Virus record (IMG/VR): IMGVR_UViG_3300047384_000085
Coordinates: 667 to 64,666 of that record
DNA: 64,000 nt
Origin: a virus
Lineage: Duplodnaviria; Caudoviricetes
Reading direction: 5' to 3' (one strand)
Each line of letters starts with the position of its first letter. Positions within the stretch are counted from its first letter, which is position 1. The notes below the pieces were generated by a model. It was not told the DNA's origin and ran no database searches. It saw only the letters and a program-made list of their open reading frames with translations. Positions 1-9,576 of this stretch are shown piece by piece. The position numbers were made by a program, and so were the translations under genes.

Positions 1-690
1 CATTATACTGCTGACATGTATGAATGTCTTCGGGTTATCTATGACCCTTATTTTGATCAGTTTGACAATGTGTTGTTCGCAGATGCGGACATTGTTGCGA
101 ACACGAAAGAAAATATTTTTGATCTTGTCCACGATGAAGCGGAAATATATGGTGTGCTGGAGAGCGACATCAAAGTTGAAGACAAATATGGTGGGTATAA
201 TTCTTGGGATGGTGACCACGAAACATTTAACAATTACGTAAGTAAATTTAATTTTCATAATGTTCCTTTGGTTCCTGTCATCCCAGAAGCGGGTATAGGC
301 AAATATGAATCAAGAATCACCATACTCAACACTGGAGTTTTAATTTGGACTAAGACTGCTAGGTTGAGGGCTAGAAAACTTTTCGATAATTGGAAGGACT
401 GGGTTTTTCCTGAAAGGTTAGGTAATCCTAATTATCCAAGAGTCCACAATTCTATCGAAAACGATCAACCTTTCATCTCTGGTCAACTTATGAAACATGG
501 TTTCGAAATCGGAACACTGAATCAAGAATGGAACGACACTCCACCTCATTACAAAGATCCTAACAAGTGGATCGAAGGTAACGGCGACCGTCCCTGTTAC
601 TTCTTACACTATACTGGCGGACACCACAAATATACTATGATCGAACAATACCATAAAAATGAGTTTCCTATATTTCGAAAAGGTTGGTAA
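1..690 (+). CDS. Glycosyltransferase, GT-A/GT8-like (probably 5'-truncated by the window edge)
   Basis: VLFADADIV DxD motif, NTGV, NDQ and FLHYTG motifs typical of GT8-like enzymes; frame is open from base 1. Confidence 0.7.
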   Translation, partial: HYTADMYECLRVIYDPYFDQFDNVLFADADIVANTKENIFDLVHDEAEIYGVLESDIKVEDKYGGYNSWDGDHETFNNYVSKFNFHNVPLVPVIPEAGIGKYESRITILNTGVLIWTKTARLRARKLFDNWKDWVFPERLGNPNYPRVHNSIENDQPFISGQLMKHGFEIGTLNQEWNDTPPHYKDPNKWIEGNGDRPCYFLHYTGGHHKYTMIEQYHKNEFPIFRKGW

Positions 691-696
691 AAAGAC

Positions 697-725
697 TTGA
701 CAAATCTTGCCCAATAGCATATAAT
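697..725 (+). promoter_or_regulatory. Early sigma70-type promoter
   Basis: TTGACA(697-702)-N17-TATAAT(720-725) upstream of ORF 750. Confidence 0.85.
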
Positions 726-749
726 ACATATGTTAACTAAGGAGAACAA

Positions 750-1331
750 ATGAGAAATGACCACGAAAGAATAATCTTGACCGATGTAGACGGTGTCCTT
801 TTGAACTGGGGTTATGCCTTTAAAGTTTGGATGGAACAAAAGGGTTACGATGTAAAAGATCCTGATGTCTACAACGTTGATAAAATATTTGATATGGAAC
901 GAGCCGAAAGTAAGAAGATGGTTCGTCACTTTAACGAAAGCGCTTCGATCGGTTTCCTACCACCGTTGCGTGATGCGATACACTACGTTCGCAAACTGCA
1001 TGAAGAACATGGTTACGTGTTTCATGCGATCACTAGTCTAAGTCTTGACCCCCATGCCGCCAAGTTGAGAGAACAAAACCTTGCGAAGTTGTTCGGTGAG
1101 ACTGCGTTTGAGAAAGTTGTTTGTCTTGACACTGGTGCTGACAAGGACGAGGCGTTAGAACCTTACCGTGACAGTAACTTCGTCTGGATTGAAGACAAGG
1201 TTGAGAACGCAGAAGTCGGTGATAAATTAGGTCTGGACAGTATACTGATTGAACATGCCTATAACATGGACAACAAAGACTTCCCTCTAATGAAAAACTG
1301 GAAAGATGTTTACGAATATCTAGAGAGTTAA
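750..1331 (+). CDS. HAD-family 5'(3')-deoxyribonucleotidase-like protein
   Basis: LTDVDGVL HAD motif I and WIEDK motif; common in T4-like phages. Confidence 0.75.
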   Translation: MRNDHERIILTDVDGVLLNWGYAFKVWMEQKGYDVKDPDVYNVDKIFDMERAESKKMVRHFNESASIGFLPPLRDAIHYVRKLHEEHGYVFHAITSLSLDPHAAKLREQNLAKLFGETAFEKVVCLDTGADKDEALEPYRDSNFVWIEDKVENAEVGDKLGLDSILIEHAYNMDNKDFPLMKNWKDVYEYLES

Positions 1332-1337
1332 TCTTCT

Positions 1338-1345
1338 ACTAAATA
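1338..1345 (+). promoter_or_regulatory. Variant late promoter (ACTAAATA)
   Basis: Near match to TATAAATA in the intergenic gap before ORF 1376; the same variant lies before gp4. Confidence 0.45.
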
Positions 1346-1375
1346 CCTATTATTATTAACACATAGGTAATTAAA

Positions 1376-1702
1376 ATGTCAGAAGAAAAGAAAGAAACGT
1401 TATTCCATCCTGCCGATTCAAACGGTGACGGTAAAGTAAGTGACGAAGAAGAACGACTGTATCTAGAGTTTAAACGCAAAGAACTCGAAGATGCAGACGC
1501 TATGCGTGATGCACAACGCAACATGACGTGGTTCGCTCTCGGTGGTCTGTTACTTTATCCGTTTGCCGTTGTTATCGCATCTCTGATCGGTCTAGATCAA
1601 GCACAAGAAACATTAGGCGATATGGCACCAACATACTTTGTTGCTGTGGCAGGTATCGTTGCTGCATTCTTTGGTACACAGAACTTCGGCAAGAAAAAAT
1701 AA
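1376..1702 (+). CDS. Small membrane protein with an EF-hand-like loop (holin-like topology)
   Basis: DSNGDGKVSDEE loop, two hydrophobic helices, basic C-terminus GKKK. Confidence 0.5.
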   Translation: MSEEKKETLFHPADSNGDGKVSDEEERLYLEFKRKELEDADAMRDAQRNMTWFALGGLLLYPFAVVIASLIGLDQAQETLGDMAPTYFVAVAGIVAAFFGTQNFGKKK

Positions 1703-2692
1703 ATGGAAGGCAATTTCTTCGTTTTAAAATGGCGTGGTACGATTGGCATGGGAGATGCGATGATGGCACTTAACTGTGCTCATCATCACGCTTGGCACAA
1801 AGGATGTGTCGTCAATCTTATAATGCATTGGGATCATGATGAAAATTATTATCATCATTTTGAAGACGAAGAAACTATCATAGATAGAATGCAGTACATA
1901 CATAAATTTTATCTACATAAAAATCAAGTTAGAATATCTCATGTATACAATCATCGGGGTGAATTTTATTATGATGAAGATGAACTCGCTTCACTAGCAA
2001 AAAACCGATATGAGTTCGAGGATCACTATTACCATAACACCAAGGGTGCAGCTCCACCGAATCTCTGGTGTTTTAACAGAGGTCATGTCGATCCGTACAA
2101 ATATATCAAGATGAAATTGATTAAACAAAAGTATATTTCTAATAAGATTGTAGTGTGGAGATCATTAGAGAACGCTGAACCACCTAGACGTTGGAAAAGA
2201 AAGTTGACAAATGATGACTGGGATGTTATAATAGGTAAACTCCGCCGAAGGGGATTACATGTAGTTGAGTTGACTTATAGAACACCCATAAGAGAAGCAA
2301 TGTTTCATCTACAGACATGTAGAATGGCTTTAAGTTACGATGGTATGTGGCACTACGTTGCTCGAAACCTTTGTATTCCTAACACTGTAGTATCGGATGA
2401 ACCGATATCTAATTATCATACACCAAGACAATATACGATACTTGCTCATCATGATAAGAAGAACGAGAGAAGTATTTGGAAATGGGTTCACAGAATACCT
2501 GAGTTTTTAGGTGAAGCTAAGAGAAGGTCAATTGATCACCAAAAAGACCTGAAGAAATTTTATAGATACAAAAATCTTCAAGACTTTGCAGACGAATTTA
2601 AATCATACAAGGAAGGCCCTACACTTTTAAAAAGATCTAGAGAAAGGGCAACCTTTAAAAAACTAGGGAAACCTATGAGAGAAATAAAATGA
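1703..2692 (+). CDS. Putative glycosyltransferase (GT-B, GT9-like)
   Basis: N-terminal GTIGMGDA and C-terminal LSYDGMWHYVA, resembling the GT9 IGxDSGxxHxA motif. Confidence 0.5.
   Translation: MEGNFFVLKWRGTIGMGDAMMALNCAHHHAWHKGCVVNLIMHWDHDENYYHHFEDEETIIDRMQYIHKFYLHKNQVRISHVYNHRGEFYYDEDELASLAKNRYEFEDHYYHNTKGAAPPNLWCFNRGHVDPYKYIKMKLIKQKYISNKIVVWRSLENAEPPRRWKRKLTNDDWDVIIGKLRRRGLHVVELTYRTPIREAMFHLQTCRMALSYDGMWHYVARNLCIPNTVVSDEPISNYHTPRQYTILAHHDKKNERSIWKWVHRIPEFLGEAKRRSIDHQKDLKKFYRYKNLQDFADEFKSYKEGPTLLKRSRERATFKKLGKPMREIK
2204..2232 (+). promoter_or_regulatory. Intragenic sigma70-type promoter
   Basis: TTGACA(2204-2209)-N17-TATAAT(2227-2232) inside ORF 1703. Confidence 0.6.
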
Positions 2693-3651
2693 AAATCGAT
2701 AGAGCGGTAATCGAAATCAATGGAGGGTGTAACTACTCTTGTACGATGTGTCCACAGGACGTGCGTACTGGTGGTAGAGACAAACGTTTCCTACGCAAGA
2801 TGAACTTGTTAGAGTTTGAAGACAATGTTCGTGATTGCGCTCAACATGGATTACGTGTTGTCAACCTAGAAGGATCTGGTGAACCCACACTGAATCGCAA
2901 TCTACCTGAGTACATCAAGATCGTTAAGAAGTATGGCGCCAAGTGTTTCATGTTCTCTAACGGTTTCCGTATGGAAGGCGACTTCATGAAGAAGTGTGTC
3001 GATGCTGGACTGGACTTCTATCGTTTCTCTTTCATTGGTTATAACAAGGAGAAGTATAACGAATGGATGCATAATACAGTAGGCGGTAACTTTGATCTGA
3101 TCACCAAGAACATACGTGAGATGCAAGAGTACGTAGAAGAGACTGGTTCTGATTGTGTTGTTGCGACCTACCATCTAATTACCGACAATGACAATGTAGA
3201 TAATGAACTTGAGTCGTATGTTAAGTTGGTAGATGATCTGGGGGTGAAGACCGAGATCTGGAAGATGCACAACTGGTCTGGTGTCTATGACCCAAAACAG
3301 AATACACGTAAAGGTGAGACCAAGACATGTGGTCGTCCGTTCTCACCTGACGTTGTGATTCGGGCAGGCGGACTTGATGGTAAGACTGGTGCGGTTGCAC
3401 CTTGTTGTCAAGTACTGGGACAAGACGAAGAGGCAGTACTAGGTCATACGTCCGAGAATACTATCAAAGAGATCTGGGATGGGCCTGAGTACACAGAGTT
3501 ACGTGATCAACATACCACAGGAGACTATCCTGATTATTGTAAGACATGTGATTTTTTGCTTGACGATCCTGAAGTTTTAGTGTATACTAATCATGAACGA
3601 GACTTAATGAAAATGCACGGAACAGAGTTCGATCTAGATGACTACAGATAA
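2689..3651 (+). CDS. Radical SAM protein with SPASM/Twitch domain
   Basis: CNYSCTMC (CxxxCxxC), GSGEP, C-terminal C...PCC...LG...IW...CxxC. Confidence 0.92.
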   Translation: MKIDRAVIEINGGCNYSCTMCPQDVRTGGRDKRFLRKMNLLEFEDNVRDCAQHGLRVVNLEGSGEPTLNRNLPEYIKIVKKYGAKCFMFSNGFRMEGDFMKKCVDAGLDFYRFSFIGYNKEKYNEWMHNTVGGNFDLITKNIREMQEYVEETGSDCVVATYHLITDNDNVDNELESYVKLVDDLGVKTEIWKMHNWSGVYDPKQNTRKGETKTCGRPFSPDVVIRAGGLDGKTGAVAPCCQVLGQDEEAVLGHTSENTIKEIWDGPEYTELRDQHTTGDYPDYCKTCDFLLDDPEVLVYTNHERDLMKMHGTEFDLDDYR

Positions 3652-5374
3652 ACCAAAAGTAATTATTATACGTAATAAAGGAAGTCGTCTTTCCGAATCT
3701 CTTGCATTGAAAACAGCTAAAAGTTGGAATGACAGAGGTTATAAGACAGAACTCTTTGATGCTATAACACCTGACGATTTCGAAAAATACAGTTACCTAG
3801 ATTTTGGTGATGGTATTCTAGCACATCCAACCAGCATAAGAAATCCCGAACACCCTTGGGGCCCGATGAGTACAGAATACACTAAAGGGACTGTCGGACT
3901 TAGACATATGAGTGGCGGAGAGAAAGCGGTTTATTATTCACATCTAGAAGTTTTGAAATTAGTTGTAAAAAGAGACGAACCTCATTTCGTAGTAGAACAT
4001 GACGGAATCCTTGAAGGTGATCCCGAATCTATAAAGTATGAAGACTACTTGTACGTTCAACTGAGTAATATGATATTGAGAGCTGGTTATTGGCATCCAT
4101 TAATGGCTAAAGAGGTTCTTGATTTTATTGACGATAAAGGATTGTGTATCAATCACCCATTACCTAAAGAGTGGTACACAAGAAACGATATCAAAGCATC
4201 TTCTCTATTGAACACTGACGGTTTTATTACGATGGTGTTATCATACCTTGCTAGATCAGATTTAACCCCAGACAGAAAATTATTAAGTAATATGAAACTT
4301 TGTAGTCCATGCATGGAAAACTTTTTAAATAAAAGACCGCACAGAAGAAACTTACTTAAAAACTTCACATCTTATGAGATGCTTGTTGGAGCTCATAATC
4401 TGCCTGGCATTATAGAACATAGAAACTATAAACCGATAACGAAGAGAACTGCCGTTATGGTTAGTGGCGCATATCATAGTTATCTTGATATTGATGATTT
4501 AAAACAAAGTGTGTGGTCAATTCTAACTATGTACAAAGGTTGTGATATTTTCTGGCAGACTTGGGACACACCTGAACAAAGAAAGATTTTCAATAATCTT
4601 AGAAGAAACATGCCTATAAACGTTATCTTTGTCCCAGAACCAGAACCCTGTAAGTATGATCCCTACGGACTTTTGCTCGAAAGATTCCCAGACAGAAAAA
4701 GGTCAGACTGGATTCGTCTGGGTTTAAAGGGAATATCTGCTAAAATAATGAGATATAAAGATGGTCGTAGTAGAAAAGATCCACCTTTAACTGCTCTGAA
4801 TCAACAGTTATCTTTTGATACTCAATGGAAAAATGTACCTAAAGGTTATGATTTTTACGTTAGGACTAGATGGGATGTACACGCTAAAGGTGTCGCTGAT
4901 TATCATGTTTTTCAAGAACTCTTGGAGTTGGCAGAAGATCGTGTGATTGGCATAGGACTCCAAGCGGGTAAGAAAGATCATTTCCAACTCCGTAACTGGA
5001 AGAACGATAAACGTGAACACGCAGAGTATAGAGCGATAAGAGACCTCAGAAAATCTGTTAAAGAACACTTAGAAAAGGGTATTTACTGTCTGTTAGACTC
5101 ACCAGAATGTGACGAGGTGGGTATAGGAAAGGGACAGAGATGGGAAAGTTTCTTAAATGATTTCGCAATAATCTTTAAAGAAAGTGACCTAGAAGGTGTC
5201 GATATTGAAAAACTAAATAATAAGTGCAAGTTGATGCCAGTAGAGTATGGTTGGCATCAAATATTTTGTACAAAACGAAGTCACTACAATATTGATGGTG
5301 TTTTTGCTTTACGAAAGAACATTGATTTTAGACATTCAACTTTTAAGAGACTAAAAAAGAATAAATTATTATGA
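3638..5374 (+). CDS. Two-domain protein: N-terminal GT25-like glycosyltransferase plus C-terminal domain paralogous to ORF 8823
   Basis: FDAITP, YYSHL and VVEHDG GT25 motifs; C-terminal YDFYVRTRWD and EYGWHQI motifs shared with ORF 8823. Confidence 0.65.
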   Translation: MTTDKPKVIIIRNKGSRLSESLALKTAKSWNDRGYKTELFDAITPDDFEKYSYLDFGDGILAHPTSIRNPEHPWGPMSTEYTKGTVGLRHMSGGEKAVYYSHLEVLKLVVKRDEPHFVVEHDGILEGDPESIKYEDYLYVQLSNMILRAGYWHPLMAKEVLDFIDDKGLCINHPLPKEWYTRNDIKASSLLNTDGFITMVLSYLARSDLTPDRKLLSNMKLCSPCMENFLNKRPHRRNLLKNFTSYEMLVGAHNLPGIIEHRNYKPITKRTAVMVSGAYHSYLDIDDLKQSVWSILTMYKGCDIFWQTWDTPEQRKIFNNLRRNMPINVIFVPEPEPCKYDPYGLLLERFPDRKRSDWIRLGLKGISAKIMRYKDGRSRKDPPLTALNQQLSFDTQWKNVPKGYDFYVRTRWDVHAKGVADYHVFQELLELAEDRVIGIGLQAGKKDHFQLRNWKNDKREHAEYRAIRDLRKSVKEHLEKGIYCLLDSPECDEVGIGKGQRWESFLNDFAIIFKESDLEGVDIEKLNNKCKLMPVEYGWHQIFCTKRSHYNIDGVFALRKNIDFRHSTFKRLKKNKLL

Positions 5375-6162
5375 AAACTTTAGTATATCAAGTGTCGGTT
5401 GGGAAACCGTCTGAACTATATAAACATTGTATAGACAGCGTCAAGAAGTATTGTTGGAGACATGGTTTCGACCACCATGTGCAGACTCAACCTATACTCA
5501 GAATAAAACCTGATCCGTTTACCAGTAATCGTTCTACCGAGAGTTGGCAGAAACACGGTGGGTTCCTACCTATCTACGAAAAAGAAAATGCCTTCGATAT
5601 GATGAAAGGGTACGATCGTCTATTGATTGTTGATGCGGACATATACATTCGTGAAGATGCACCGAACATTCTAGAAGACTTTGGTGATGACTGTGCGTTT
5701 GGAGCTGTCACTGAACGTGAGATGGATATCACCCCCAAATATGCCCAGAAGATTAGAAACTATAGTGCAATGCAATACAGCAATCTGCATTCTCAGAAAC
5801 TAGACTTCAAACCAAATCAACTAGGGTTTGAATACTTCAACATGGGTATGATGGTCATCAACGTTGAAAAGTTTACTCCTTTCCTAAAGGGCGATGACGC
5901 CAAATCCTTTATAAATCGTTTAGAGTTCAAAGATTTTGTTGACGGCATAGGTGCGTGGAAATGGAGTACCGACCAAACACTATTGAACTTCTTCCTGAAA
6001 AAATATAAAGTTCCCACTAAAAATCTTAATGCCAAATGGAATGGATTGTTTAGTGCAGTTAACAATATTAAGAATTGTCACTTCGTACACTTTTTCCTGA
6101 AAGACTTACTTCCCAACAAAGGTGAGGATGTTGAGTCTCTGATGAAACAGATTGACAAATGA
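5371..6162 (+). CDS. Glycosyltransferase, GT8-like
   Basis: IVDADIYI, YFNMGMMV, TDQTLLN, KWN and FVHF motifs. Confidence 0.8.
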   Translation: MKTLVYQVSVGKPSELYKHCIDSVKKYCWRHGFDHHVQTQPILRIKPDPFTSNRSTESWQKHGGFLPIYEKENAFDMMKGYDRLLIVDADIYIREDAPNILEDFGDDCAFGAVTEREMDITPKYAQKIRNYSAMQYSNLHSQKLDFKPNQLGFEYFNMGMMVINVEKFTPFLKGDDAKSFINRLEFKDFVDGIGAWKWSTDQTLLNFFLKKYKVPTKNLNAKWNGLFSAVNNIKNCHFVHFFLKDLLPNKGEDVESLMKQIDK

Positions 6163-6180
6163 CAGTTAATGTGTTATAAT
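6152..6180 (+). promoter_or_regulatory. Early sigma70-type promoter
   Basis: TTGACA(6152-6157)-N17-TATAAT(6175-6180). Confidence 0.85.
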
Positions 6181-6206
6181 ACACATCAGTATGAGAGGAA
6201 TATATT

Positions 6207-6797
6207 ATGAACGGTTTTAGAAAATTACAAGAAAGACTCAAAGAAGAAGGTTGGTACGTAGGGTGGAATCACTACTGTTGCCAAACATGTGCGTGGATGG
6301 ATGTCCCTGATTACTTTGATCCGCAGTACGACAAAGACGGATACTTAATCCGTGAAGATAAAGACGGTAATCCGATTGAATACAAAGACGTTGATCTCGC
6401 CAAGGTACTGTTCAATCATTCACAGGATTGTCAGTACGATATAGACGAAGAGTTTATGCAGTCTGGGTTACTTGAAGAAGGAGAAGATGATTTCTTCGAA
6501 GAGTTAGAAGAAGCGCAGTGGGCAGAAGAGGACGGTCAAGAGGGTGCTATGTTAGAAGTCGCCAAGAAGTATGGTGTGGAATCAATTCTAGAGAATCAAC
6601 CTGAAGGATTACTTAGAGATGGTTCGTTTGTTTGTTATCCACCAGAGATGCAAGACGAATCGACTTTCTGTTTTAACGGCGACAAAGAAGGCGTAAAGAA
6701 TTTAAAGGCGATCATTCCTATTATTGAAGAATGTGGGTGTGGAATACATTGGAACGGTAAGGGCGACTCACGTCCTACAATTAGTTGGGATCTATAG
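6207..6797 (+). CDS. Hypothetical acidic protein with a CCQTC motif
   Basis: 196 aa ORF with its own promoter and GAGAGGA ribosome-binding site. Confidence 0.6.
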   Translation: MNGFRKLQERLKEEGWYVGWNHYCCQTCAWMDVPDYFDPQYDKDGYLIREDKDGNPIEYKDVDLAKVLFNHSQDCQYDIDEEFMQSGLLEEGEDDFFEELEEAQWAEEDGQEGAMLEVAKKYGVESILENQPEGLLRDGSFVCYPPEMQDESTFCFNGDKEGVKNLKAIIPIIEECGCGIHWNGKGDSRPTISWDL

Positions 6798-8146
6798 TGA
6801 TAAAGTTAGTCCTTTTTGATTTAGACGGTGTTTTAATTGATGCGAAGAATATACACTTCGTTGCGTTGAATGAGGCATTAGGCCCTGAGTACGCAATCAC
6901 GGAAGAAGAACACCTAGCGACATATGACGGTCTAAAGACTCTACAGAAGTTGGAGATGTTGACCAAAAGAAAAGGACTAGACCCCACACTTCACTCCGAG
7001 ATTAGTGAGAAGAAACAAGAGATAACAAGAGACTTATTATCAAATCAAGAACCCATAGAACATATTTGTGATTTGTTCCAAGAACTAGAGGATCAAGGTT
7101 ATAAGATTGGTGTGTGTTCTAACTCTATTAGACGAACAGTTGTTACGTCACTTGCACAAGCTAAACTCATAAAACATTGTTCGGTGATTCTTTCTAATGA
7201 GGACGTAAAGAATAGTAAACCACATCCTGAGATCTACTGGAAAGCGATGTCAATGATGGGGGTGTTACCTGAAGAGACAATAATTGTAGAAGACAGTCCG
7301 CCTGGATTGTTGTCCGCACAGAGATCACGGGCAAACTACATTCGTGTAGATAACCCATATAAAACAACTATAGATAATATCATTCCAAAAATCGAAGGTA
7401 AACCTATTATGAAAAAGTGGAAGAACGAGAAACTCAATGTTCTTATTCCTATGGCAGGCGCTGGAAGTAGATTCGCAGAAGCGGGTTACACCTTCCCCAA
7501 ACCGTTGATCGATGTCAATGGTAAACCGATGATTCAAACTGTTGTAGAGAATCTTGGTTTTGATGCGAACTATATTTTTGTTGTACAGAAAGAACATCGT
7601 GAACAATATAACCTCGACACCATGTTGAATCTAATTGCGCCTGACTGTAAGATTGTTGAGGTCGATAGTATAACTGAAGGAGCTGCATGTACCGCACTTC
7701 TTGCGAAAGAGTATATCGACAATGATAATCCGTTGTTCTTCGCAAACTCTGATCAGTATGTTGAGTGGGATGTCATGGAGTTCATGTATGCGATGAATGA
7801 GAAAGATGCTGACGGTGGTATCGTCACCTTTGAGGCGACACACCCAAAATGGTCTTTTGCTAAGATAGATGAGTCTGGTTGTGTTACTGAAGTGGCAGAG
7901 AAGAATCCTATCAGTAACCTTGCAACTGTTGGTTATTACTACTGGAAGAACGGTAAGGATTTTGTTCACTACGCAGAACAGATGATCGAAAGAGATGTCC
8001 GAGTAAATAATGAGTTCTATGTTTGCCCAGTATTCAACCAAGCGATAGAGGGTGAGAAAAGAATTTACACTCACAATGCATCTAAGATGTGGGGTCTCGG
8101 TACACCCGAAGATCTAACATACTTCCTAGAGAACTTTAAAGGATAG
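6785..8146 (+). CDS. HAD phosphatase fused to a sugar/polyol-phosphate nucleotidyltransferase
   Basis: FDLDGVL, SKPHPEIY and VEDS HAD motifs, then LIPMAGAGSRF...PKPLI and GLGTPEDL NTP-transferase motifs. Confidence 0.88.
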   Translation: MGSIVIKLVLFDLDGVLIDAKNIHFVALNEALGPEYAITEEEHLATYDGLKTLQKLEMLTKRKGLDPTLHSEISEKKQEITRDLLSNQEPIEHICDLFQELEDQGYKIGVCSNSIRRTVVTSLAQAKLIKHCSVILSNEDVKNSKPHPEIYWKAMSMMGVLPEETIIVEDSPPGLLSAQRSRANYIRVDNPYKTTIDNIIPKIEGKPIMKKWKNEKLNVLIPMAGAGSRFAEAGYTFPKPLIDVNGKPMIQTVVENLGFDANYIFVVQKEHREQYNLDTMLNLIAPDCKIVEVDSITEGAACTALLAKEYIDNDNPLFFANSDQYVEWDVMEFMYAMNEKDADGGIVTFEATHPKWSFAKIDESGCVTEVAEKNPISNLATVGYYYWKNGKDFVHYAEQMIERDVRVNNEFYVCPVFNQAIEGEKRIYTHNASKMWGLGTPEDLTYFLENFKG

Positions 8147-8148
8147 AT

Positions 8149-8820
8149 ATGATGAAGATCGGATACGAGTCTGGAATCGGTGCATGGTACGATAAATTAG
8201 AATTTGAAGAAGCATGTGGTAGGGGTTCTCATCCCAATATTAATAGAAGTTACTGTCAACACTTACTAAAAACATTGAGAAATAATGATGTGAGATCATT
8301 TGTCGATTATGGTTGCGGTAATCATGAAACATATAATGGTAATATCGACTGGTCTGAGACTGGAATTGAGTACGTAGGATATGATGCCCACGTTGGCGCT
8401 GTTGATACACTTCGCACGAAGTATCCCAAACTTAGATTCGAATATGCCAAGTTGAACACCGTTCCAAATGAAGATGTTGATGCACTAGTCATCAAGGACG
8501 TTTTGATTCACTGGTTTGACAAAGATATTAAATGGTTCTTTGAAAATGTGTTTGATCATTTCGAAAATGTTTTCTATATGCATTCTACGACTAATCAAGG
8601 TTACGAAACTCGTGTTCCTAAGAGAGAAGCCTATATGGTTGACGATCCAACAAAAAGATTTGGTACTAGAGGGGAATTGCCCGAAGGTGCCAAATACTGG
8701 GACAATGGTTGTTTTGGGTATAAATGCGTTCCGTCCGAACTACTGCCTATGGATAAAGTTGTTTCTAAAATAAACATAAGAGGTGACAGCATGAAAACAT
8801 TTATACATTTTAGGAAATAA
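8149..8820 (+). CDS. Class I SAM-dependent methyltransferase
   Basis: FVDYGCGN motif I, YVGYD, IKDVLIHW. Confidence 0.75.
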   Translation: MMKIGYESGIGAWYDKLEFEEACGRGSHPNINRSYCQHLLKTLRNNDVRSFVDYGCGNHETYNGNIDWSETGIEYVGYDAHVGAVDTLRTKYPKLRFEYAKLNTVPNEDVDALVIKDVLIHWFDKDIKWFFENVFDHFENVFYMHSTTNQGYETRVPKREAYMVDDPTKRFGTRGELPEGAKYWDNGCFGYKCVPSELLPMDKVVSKINIRGDSMKTFIHFRK

Positions 8821-8822
8821 TT

Positions 8823-9575
8823 GTGAAGATTGCAATATTAGTAAACGGTCAAATTAGAGGTAAATGGAAAAGAAACATATCCAGAATGCAAGGGAGGTTC
8901 CCTGATGCTGATGTATTCACTTCTACTTGGTCAGGCAAAGGCAATGATAAGATTGTGGACTTTGTACATGATCAACCATCTATAGATTATCATCCAACTT
9001 TAGATACTGAACCTGTACCTAAATGGAAGTCCATACAATATAAAAAGAACATGCAACTTGGAACAGATCCACTTTTAAGAAAACAAGCTCAGTATAGAAC
9101 AATGCAGATTTTGGGGTATGATAGACTTTTAAATGAAATTAGTGACGAGTACGACATGTGTGTTCGCATGAGATTCGACACTTATATCTCGTTAGACCCA
9201 TCGATCGACTGGACAAGTTTGATAAAGAGATCGTATGATGAGAATGTTGCTATTGGGTTTGGTTGTAGAGACTCTCGTTGGACACATGGTGTCAATAAGT
9301 TACAAGAACTGCCCAGATTTTACCCACCGATTGATAAATCAGTTAAGGGAGATGGTATATCAAACACAAATGATTGGGCATACTATATTATGGATCCACT
9401 AATAATTCATCCAAGAAAATTATGGGATTCTAAAAGAGTTTGGGATTTGCATAAAAACAAACAGTTGAGGAACGCTGAGAATGGTTGGTATCAAATACTT
9501 AGTGAACCATACGAAGATAGTCATGTGTGTTATTACGGTGGCGCACATATTGAAAGATACGTAAGAGGAATTTAA
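8823..9575 (+). CDS. Hypothetical glycan-modification protein (GT-like)
   Basis: MKIAILVNGQIR...YDMCVRMRFD pattern seen in polysaccharide-locus proteins; paralogue of the C-terminal half of ORF 3638. Confidence 0.5.
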   Translation: MKIAILVNGQIRGKWKRNISRMQGRFPDADVFTSTWSGKGNDKIVDFVHDQPSIDYHPTLDTEPVPKWKSIQYKKNMQLGTDPLLRKQAQYRTMQILGYDRLLNEISDEYDMCVRMRFDTYISLDPSIDWTSLIKRSYDENVAIGFGCRDSRWTHGVNKLQELPRFYPPIDKSVKGDGISNTNDWAYYIMDPLIIHPRKLWDSKRVWDLHKNKQLRNAENGWYQILSEPYEDSHVCYYGGAHIERYVRGI

Positions 9576-9576
9576 A

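Noticed and set aside
2689-3651. RiPP biosynthetic cluster around the radical SAM/SPASM gene
   Set aside because: No precursor peptide, RRE domain, protease or transporter is adjacent; the context is glycosyltransferases.
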